In this document: positions 1-7,500 of the stretch, piece after piece | How positions within the stretch are numbered: the first letter of the stretch is position 1 | Layout: the number at the start of each line of letters is the position of its first letter | Assembly (NCBI GenBank): GCA_046350655.1 | Contig: JAXMAB010000013.1 | Location: 54,785-118,784, forward strand | DNA from: Planctomycetota bacterium | Lineage (GTDB): Bacteria > Planctomycetota > PLA2 > JAEUHO01 | Length of the DNA stretch: 64,000 nt | Direction: 5' to 3' | The notes under the pieces: generated by a model | Seen by the model: only the letters and a program-made list of their open reading frames with translations | Databases searched by the model: none | What the model was told of the DNA's origin: nothing | Made by a program: the position numbers and the translations under genes

Positions 1-2
1 CG

Positions 3-569
3 CCGCCGCCCGCCCCGCTCGATCCCGCGCCGGTCGCGCCGCCGACCGCTCCGCCCGTGGCCCCGCCCGTCGCTCCGCCGGTGGCTCCGCCGGTCCCCGA
101 CGAGCCGCCTCCGAGCAACCGCGGCACGGGCTTCGAGTTCGGTGCGCCGCGCGAGGCCCTCGTCGCGAAGCACGTCGCCGCGCTCCGCGCCAACCCCGAC
201 GACGCCGCGCTGGCGTGTTTCCCGAAGGACCTGGCCCGCACCGTGCCGGCCTCCACCGCCCTCGCGAAGGGGGAGCGCCCCGTCCTCGTCCTCTTCTACG
301 ACGACACCGCGCGGTCGAGTCGCCTCGCCGCCGCCGACCTCTGGCCGGTGCTGCTCGAGGTCGAGCCCCACGTGGACGTCGTCCTCGTGGACCTCACGCC
401 GGGGCCGCGCCGCGCGCTCGGCGACGACGAACGACGGCTCGTCCGCCGCTACTACCTCGGCTACGTCCCGACCACGGTGGTGCTCACGTCCGAACGGACG
501 CCGCGCCTCCTGAAGTCGGAGCGCGTGGAGCCGGCGCTCGTGCGCGCCGCGTGCCTCGAGGCGAAGTGA
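3..569 (+). CDS. 5'-truncated protein: Pro-rich linker plus C-terminal thioredoxin-like fold lacking CxxC
   Basis: Frame is open to the window edge (PPPAPLDPAPVAPP...). VLVLFYDDTARSS...VDVVLVD...YYLGYVPTTVVL follows the Trx beta-alpha pattern with the cis-Pro (VPT). Confidence 0.6.
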   Translation, partial: PPPAPLDPAPVAPPTAPPVAPPVAPPVAPPVPDEPPPSNRGTGFEFGAPREALVAKHVAALRANPDDAALACFPKDLARTVPASTALAKGERPVLVLFYDDTARSSRLAAADLWPVLLEVEPHVDVVLVDLTPGPRRALGDDERRLVRRYYLGYVPTTVVLTSERTPRLLKSERVEPALVRAACLEAK

Positions 570-777
570 CGGCGGCCCGATCGGGCCGCGGCGGCGGGGC
601 GTCGGTCCGGGCGGCGATGGCGTCCGGACGGCGTTGGGTCGCGGGCCGACGGGCCCTCGGTCCCGAACCGGGGACGCGGGGCGGAGCGCCTCCCGGGACC
701 GCAAGGCCCGGTGGCCGTCGTCCCGTCGCGACGTGGTCCGCGCCGGGCGTGCGGCGGGGCAGTAGGATCGTCGGGTC

Positions 778-2103
778 ATGATCCCGTCCCTCCGTCGCGT
801 CGTGCTCCGCTCCCTCGTCCTCGCGATCGCGACCGTCGGCGCCCCGGCGGCCGCTCGCGCCGCGGACGCGCCGGGCAAGCCGCCCGCGCCGGGCGCGCCC
901 GCGGCCCCGGGCGCCGACGCCGAGGACGGCGTCCACGTCGTCACGCCCGAGATGCAGAAGCAGATCGACGAGGCGATCGCGAAGGGCGCCGCGTGGCTGC
1001 GCAAGCAGCAGGGGAGCGACGGCGGGTTCGGCTCGCTCGACTTCGGCGGGAACCCGCACTACCAGCAGGGCCTCGCGTCGCTCACCGGGCTCGCGCTGGT
1101 CGCGGCGGGCGACACGAAGGACGACCCCTGGATGAAGGCGCTCGTCGAGTTCGCGAAGAAGCGCGACGCGACGGAGGCGTCGGGGTCGGTGCGCACGACG
1201 TACGGCACGGGCGTGCTCATCATGTTCCTGACGGAGCTCTACCGGAACAAGCCCGGCAAGACCGACCCGCGCTACGGCACGAAGAAGAAGGAGGGCTGCG
1301 GGCTCCCGAAGGAGATCGCGGCGTGGATCCAGGAGCTGGCCTCGTGGCTCGTGAGCGTCCAGCTCGACGACGGCTGGTGGCGGTACCCGCACACGCCGCC
1401 GTCGGACCTCTCGAACACGCAGTACGCGCTGCTCGGCCTGCGGGCCGCCCGCGACTGCGGCGCCGACGTGCCGCTGTCGCGGTTCGTCGTGGCCCTCGAG
1501 CGGTGCCTCGCGACGCAGCAGCAGGACGGCAAGAAGATGCTACGGGTCATCCCGCCGGACAAACCCGGCGAGAAGACGTACTCCGTCGACAGCGGCGACC
1601 GCGCGCGCGGCTGGTCGTACCAGGGCGACCCGACGAGCCAGCTCGTGACGGGCAGCATGACGACCGCGGCCATCGCGGTGCTCGCGATCTGCCGCGACGC
1701 GCTGCTCAAGCCCACGCGCTACGGCGGGTACAGCGAGGACCTCGACCGCAAGGTGGGGCGCGCGGTGCAGGACGGGTTCACCTGGCTCGACGCCAACTGG
1801 GCGGTCGACCACAACCCGCCGCGGGGCGCGCCCGCGTGGCACTACTACTACCTGTACGGCCTCGAGCGGGCCGCCGCGTTCGCCGGGCGCATGCACGTCG
1901 GCGCGCACGACTGGTACCTCGAGGGCGCCAAGCTCCTGCTCGCGCAGCAGAAGCCCGAGGGGCGCTGGAGCACGGGCGCGATCGGCGCGCGCGAGATCTC
2001 GCCGAGCGACCTCTGCGACACCGCGTGGGCCATCCTCTTCCTCAAGAAGGCCACGCGCCCGACCCAGCCCATCCCCGCGCCGGTCGTCACGACGGGCAAA
2101 TGA
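778..2103 (+). CDS. Exported prenyltransferase/squalene-cyclase-repeat (alpha/alpha toroid) protein
   Basis: Signal peptide (...PAAARA-AD); QW-like repeats WLRKQQGSDGGF, LLAQQKPEGRW; motifs DLSNTQYALLGLRAA, HYYYLYGLERA, DTAWAILFL. Confidence 0.75.
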   Translation: MIPSLRRVVLRSLVLAIATVGAPAAARAADAPGKPPAPGAPAAPGADAEDGVHVVTPEMQKQIDEAIAKGAAWLRKQQGSDGGFGSLDFGGNPHYQQGLASLTGLALVAAGDTKDDPWMKALVEFAKKRDATEASGSVRTTYGTGVLIMFLTELYRNKPGKTDPRYGTKKKEGCGLPKEIAAWIQELASWLVSVQLDDGWWRYPHTPPSDLSNTQYALLGLRAARDCGADVPLSRFVVALERCLATQQQDGKKMLRVIPPDKPGEKTYSVDSGDRARGWSYQGDPTSQLVTGSMTTAAIAVLAICRDALLKPTRYGGYSEDLDRKVGRAVQDGFTWLDANWAVDHNPPRGAPAWHYYYLYGLERAAAFAGRMHVGAHDWYLEGAKLLLAQQKPEGRWSTGAIGAREISPSDLCDTAWAILFLKKATRPTQPIPAPVVTTGK

Positions 2104-2741
2104 CCGTCGGGCCGGACCGCCTGCCGCCGGAGAGCGAGGCGTCGCTCGTCGCCGCGTGCGCGGCCGGCGACGCCGACGCGTGGGCGCGGTTCGTGCCGCG
2201 GTTCGGGCCGCTGGTCGCGGCGCTCGCGCGGCGCATGCTCGCGCGCCGGCGCGGCGTCGCCGCCGACGCCGACGTCGACGAGGTGACGAGCGCGGTGTTC
2301 CTCGCGCTCGTCGCGCACGACCGCAAGCTGCTGCACCGCTACCGGCCCGAGTTCCGTCTGAGCACCTACCTCGGCGTGATCTGCCGCACGGAGGTCGGGC
2401 GCCTGCTCCGCCGCGGGGGCCGGACCGTGTCCCTCGAGGGCGACGCCGAGGAGCACGGCGGCGGAGGGCACGCCGACCCGCGCGCCGTGAGCCCGCTGGC
2501 CGCGTTGTCGGCCGGGGAGCGCGCCGCCGGGCTCGCCGCGCTGCGCGAGGCGCTCGCCGCCCTGCCGCCGCGCGACCGCCTCCTGCTCACGATGAAGTTC
2601 ATCGAAGGCCTCGACTACGCGCGGATCGCCGAAGTCCTGCACCTGCAGCGCGACAGCGTCGGACAGCTGCTCCACCGGGCCAAGGCGCGCCTCGCGAAGG
2701 CCGTCCCGCACCTCGAGCGGTGGGTGGACCCGACGCCATGA
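2100..2741 (+). CDS. ECF (sigma-70 group 4) RNA polymerase sigma factor
   Basis: ATGA overlap with the upstream stop. Region 2: GDADAWARFV...DVDEVTSAVFL...FRLSTYLGVI. Region 4: LPPRDRLLLTMKFIEGLDYARIAEVL...VGQLLHRAKARL. Confidence 0.92.
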   Translation: MTVGPDRLPPESEASLVAACAAGDADAWARFVPRFGPLVAALARRMLARRRGVAADADVDEVTSAVFLALVAHDRKLLHRYRPEFRLSTYLGVICRTEVGRLLRRGGRTVSLEGDAEEHGGGGHADPRAVSPLAALSAGERAAGLAALREALAALPPRDRLLLTMKFIEGLDYARIAEVLHLQRDSVGQLLHRAKARLAKAVPHLERWVDPTP

Positions 2742-2937
2742 CCCATCGCGTGTATTCTGCAAGTGGAGGGACGTCGGGGCGAAGGCCCCCGGCGCCCGGG
2801 GTGTCCGGTCGGACCCCCGACGCACCTAGACAGAACACGAGCGTCGGCGTCGGCCCGAGCCGCGTCGCCGCTCGTCCCGGACATGGGATGGCGCCTCGCC
2901 CGCACGGGTCGGCGCCGTCCGGGGGTGGAGAGCGCCG

Positions 2938-4449
2938 ATGACCGACGAGACACCCGAAGCCGCCCGCGACGCCGATGCGCGTCTCGCCGCGTGGTTCGAG
3001 GCGCTGGCGCGGTCCGGCGCCGCGTCGGGCGCGTCGGCGCCGGCCGCGTCCGACCCCGCGCGGATCGCCGCCCACCTCGACGGCGCCGCCGACGAGGCGC
3101 TCCTCGACGCGGCGGCGGACGATCCCGACACCGCCGCGCTGCTCGCCGACGTCGTCGCGACGCGCGACGAGGCGGCGGCCGCGCCGCGGCCCGTCGCGCC
3201 CCTGCCGGCTTCGGTCCGCGACGCGGCGCTCGCCCTGATCCGCGCGCGCGTCCGCGGCCGCGCCGCGGGCCGGTCGCTCGCCGCCGGGCCGGGCCGGTGG
3301 GGGTGGCGCGCGGCGCTCGCGGCGGCCGGCGTCGTCGTGGCCGGGGCCGCGGCGCTCTGGTTCGCGGCGGGCCTCGCGTCGCGCGACGCGGGTCGCCCGT
3401 CCATCACCGTGGCCGGCGTCGAGCGGCTCCACCGCGACGGCCGCCTCGAGGCGGGCGGCGAGCAGCGGCTCGGGTTCGGCGCGGTCGTGGCTCCCGACGC
3501 GGGCGAACGCGTCGCGGTGGCCCTGCCCGGCGGCGGGCGGGTCGTCCTCGGCGACGACGACGTGGTGGAGGTCGCGTGTGATCCGGCGGGCGGCGACGGC
3601 TGCGAGCGCGCGGCCCTCGCGCTGACGCGCGGCGAGGCCCTGGTGGCCGCCGGCGGCGCGACGACGGGCGGCGCGGTGCTGCTGCTCCCGGGCACGGGCC
3701 GCGCGGCCGGGATGGGCCGCCTCGAGGTGACCGCCGGCGCGGTCCACGTGGCGCTCGGTGCCGCGACCGTGGCGGAGGTCGCCCTGCGGGCCGACGGGCG
3801 CGTGCGCTTCACCGCGCCGGGGCTCGAGCCCCGCGAGTGGAGCGGGCCCGGCCGGCTCGCGCTCCGCGGCGGCGCCGGCGACTGGGACGCCGCGGGCGCC
3901 GCGGCCGCGAGCCTGTTCCGCGACCTCGAGTTCTTCGGCGGCGCGCCGGTGTCGGCGCGGCCGGACCGGCGCGTGTCGGCGCGGTCGTTCACCGTCCTCG
4001 AGGCCGACGGCGGCGCGCGGCCGAGCGACGGCGGCGCGCCGGCCCTGCGGTTCGACCTCGGGGTCGATCGGCAGGCCCGGCTGGCGTGGACCCTCGACGA
4101 GGTGGCCGCCGACGCCCGCTCGGTCCGCCTCCTCGTCCGGGTCCAGCCCCGGTTCGCGGGCCCCGGCGGGGCGCCGCTGCCCGACACCCCGTTCCCCCGC
4201 GTGGTCTTCGAGGTCGAGGGCGTGCCCGGCGCGACCGCCACGTGGGAGGTCCCGCAGGTGCACTCGGGTCCCCCCCGGGCCGCGCGGACGCTCGTCCTGC
4301 CGTGGCCCGCCGAAGCGGTGCGACCCCGGGCCGGGCAGCCGGTCGTGGTCCGGGTCCGCGCCGAGCGGGCGCCGGTGAGGGTCTGGTTCGACGGTGCCGC
4401 CTTCTCGTTCGTTCCGGCGAGCGCGACGGGCGGCCTTCAGGGAGAATGA
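2938..4449 (+). CDS. Putative transmembrane anti-sigma factor with FecR-like periplasmic domain
   Basis: Follows the ECF gene. N-terminal helical domain, one TM (WRAALAAAGVVVAGAAALWF), then FecR-like strands (ERVAVALPGGGRVVLG...LALTRGEALV). GGAGAG upstream of ATG. Confidence 0.65.
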   Translation: MTDETPEAARDADARLAAWFEALARSGAASGASAPAASDPARIAAHLDGAADEALLDAAADDPDTAALLADVVATRDEAAAAPRPVAPLPASVRDAALALIRARVRGRAAGRSLAAGPGRWGWRAALAAAGVVVAGAAALWFAAGLASRDAGRPSITVAGVERLHRDGRLEAGGEQRLGFGAVVAPDAGERVAVALPGGGRVVLGDDDVVEVACDPAGGDGCERAALALTRGEALVAAGGATTGGAVLLLPGTGRAAGMGRLEVTAGAVHVALGAATVAEVALRADGRVRFTAPGLEPREWSGPGRLALRGGAGDWDAAGAAAASLFRDLEFFGGAPVSARPDRRVSARSFTVLEADGGARPSDGGAPALRFDLGVDRQARLAWTLDEVAADARSVRLLVRVQPRFAGPGGAPLPDTPFPRVVFEVEGVPGATATWEVPQVHSGPPRAARTLVLPWPAEAVRPRAGQPVVVRVRAERAPVRVWFDGAAFSFVPASATGGLQGE

Positions 4450-4552
4450 CCCCGTGACCTCCTCCGCGTACCGTCCGTCGTCCTCCGCCCCCGTTCGTGG
4501 CCCCCGTTGGCCGACCCCGGCGCGTCGCGCGCCCCGGGTCCCGGAGTCGTCC

Positions 4553-7500
4553 ATGGTCCGTCCCGACGCCCGCGCGCCGCGCGGCATCGCGATCCTCTCG
4601 GTGATCACGGTGCTCGTGGCCCTCCTGATGATCGCGATCCCGTTCGTGGTCTCGATGAAGCTGGGCCGCGACCGCACGCAGTCGACCGCGGCGCGCAACC
4701 GCGCGGCGTTCGAGGCCGAGCTCGTCGTGCGCGCGGTCGCGTCGTACCTCCACCAGACGCACCCGGGCGTGGAGCAGGCCGCGAAGCAGCAGGGCGCCGG
4801 CGGCCTCTTCGGCGACGACACCGTGGACACGCTCCGCGAGATCCTGCCGCCGCCGTCGTACCGCAAGACCTTGAGCGACCTCGTCGCGTCCGCCGGCGGC
4901 AACGTCTCGAACCCGCGGGGCTCGATCTGGTCGTGGGACGTCCGCGACGCGAACGCGCTCGTGAACCCGAACGGCTCGAAGGCCGACCTGATCGCCAACC
5001 TGCTGGGCGCCGCGACGCTCTCCGAAGAGGTCGACCCGGGCGCCAACGTGATCGCGGTGCAGGACGTGATGCCGATCCCGGCCATGGGCCTGCCGGCCTT
5101 CCGCGAGGACGGCGGCTACATCCGCATCGGCGCCGAGGTCATCCAGTACACGACGTTCCGCGACGGCTCGTTCCAGGGCTGCTCGCGCGGCGCGCTGCGC
5201 GACACCCCGCTCAAGGACAACGGCCCCGCGGTGACGCACCCGAAGGCCTCGCGCGTCGTGGACTACACGGCGTACAAGCTCGCGACGCACCTCGTCTCGG
5301 CGAACCCGGGCACGCTCACCTCGTTCGAGACCGTGGACGACCTGAAGAGCATCCAGCGGTGGGGCGGCGGCGGCGTCATCGAGGCCGACCGCTTCGAGGC
5401 GCTGTCGAAGTTCCTCACCGTGTGGTCGCGCCGCGAGACGACGGAGACGTTCCTCGAGGGCCAGACCTCGCTCGCGGAGCTCCCGGCGTCGGCCGGCGAG
5501 GCGACGGGCGAGCAGATCAAGGTGCGCGACGCGACCGCGCTGGGCGGCCACACCTACTACCTCAACCCGAACACGCTCGTCCGGATCACCGACGGCACGC
5601 AGACCGACTACACGACGATCCTGTCCCGCGGCGACGAGAAGGGCGGCCAGCTCGACGTGCTCGTCACGACGACCTCGAAGCTGCCCGAGGGGCGCCGCTA
5701 CGAGGGCGGCGCGACCGTCGTGCAGGCGATGGCGCCGTACCCGATCAACCTCAACACCGCGTCGCGCGAGGTCCTCGCGGCCGTCTTCGCGGGCCTGCGC
5801 CTGCGCGGCGTCGAGTCCGACAAGGACGTCGTCACCGCCTCGGTCGCGTGGGACCTCGCGGACAAGATCGTGAAGGGACGCGAGGGCGACCTCCAGGTCG
5901 CGGGCGAGGACCTGCGCCGCAAGTCCGGCCCGTTCCGCCACACGAAGGACTTCCTCCAGTTCCTCGACGAGCTGCTCGCGACGAACGCGCTCACGCAGGC
6001 GCAGGTCTACGCGCTCGCGCGGAACGCGGTCAACCCGAACGACGGCGAGCTCGCCTTCGGCACGACCAACTTCTGCTTCCGCACGCAGGACGTCTACCAC
6101 ATCGAGGGCCGCGCCGTCGTCAACGACGCCGCCGGGACGAAGGAGGCCGAGGCCGCGCTGCGGCAGGTCGTCGAGATCGGCGCGAACGCCGTGACGTCGT
6201 GGGTGCTCGACAGCCAGAGCGACTTCGAGCTCGGCCTGGCCCTCGGGGCCGGCGGCAAGTACGTCGAGACGTACCCGTTCAACGTCGGCTACGTGACCGA
6301 CAAGCTCCCGCGCATCCAGCCGCGCCCGCGCGCGCCGCAGATGGTGGAGCGCAAGATCTACCCGAGCGACGAGCGCGGCGTGGACATCGGCGACGTGCGC
6401 CTGCAGGGCTCGCGCCTGAAGCTGCCGGGCTCGCCGGTGCTCGAGGAGCACTTCGACACGTCGTACTACGCCGACGGCTGGTGGACGCCCGCGTCGGGGG
6501 CGTACCAGAAGGGCGTGAAGAAGCTGCTCAACAAGGGCGACGCCCAGGACCCCTACATCCACCCCTTCACGATGTCGTTCTGGATGCGGCCGTGGAGCGA
6601 CGGCAACTGGTTCGCGTTCGACACGGGCAAGGAGAGCGACATGAACCGCATCTCCCTGTACGTGCGCGACGGCGACGAGGGCAAGGAGCTCGTGCTGCGC
6701 GTCTGCGACGGCACGCTCGAGCAGCGCGCCGCCGAGATCGTGTGCCCGCTCGCCCGCCTCGGGTACCAGCCGCAGACCTGGTACCACCTGCAGGTCGAGG
6801 TGCGCGGCTGCGACGCGACGCAGATGGAGCTCTTCGTCGACGGCATCGCCGTCGGCCGCCGCATCGGCGTCACGTACCTGACCGCCGCGCTGTCGTCGGA
6901 CCAGGACCAGGTCCCGGTCGAGGACACCGACGGCTTCGAGGCCGAGGGCGCCCTCGTCATCGGCACCGAGATCGTCGAGTACGACCAGCGCCAGGCCGAC
7001 GGGTTCACCGAGGTCGTCCGCGGGGCGCGCGGCACGCGCGCGGGCGAGTGGCCGACGGGCACCGCGGTGCGCCGGCTCGGGTACTCGCACCCGATCACCC
7101 TCGAGCTCCGCCGCGGCGGCGCGGGCGTCGAGCAGCTCAACTGGGAGGTCTGGAACTACGTCGGGGTCTCCGCGACGAACCCCGAGGACCAGGTCTCGGT
7201 GACGATCAACAACGTGAGCCTGCAGTTCTTCGGCGTGAAGGAGGACACGAACGAGTTCACCTTCACGGCGGTGAACCCCGACCCGAGCAGCTCCACGAGC
7301 GTGCAGCAGCTCGCGGACGCGTTCAACTCCAAGGGCTTCGCGGTCCTCGCGGTGCGCGACTTCGACCCGACGCCGCCCGGCCAGGCCGGCGGGGGCGCGG
7401 GCGGCGGCGGCACCGGCACGAACAGCGGCCCGAAGATCGGCGGCTGGGAGGTCGTCTACTACACCCGCTCGAGCAGCACGTTCACCATCACGCGCTACCA

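Noticed and set aside
778-2103. True squalene-hopene cyclase
   Set aside because: Only 441 aa, has a signal peptide, and lacks the DxDD catalytic motif; it shares the fold only.
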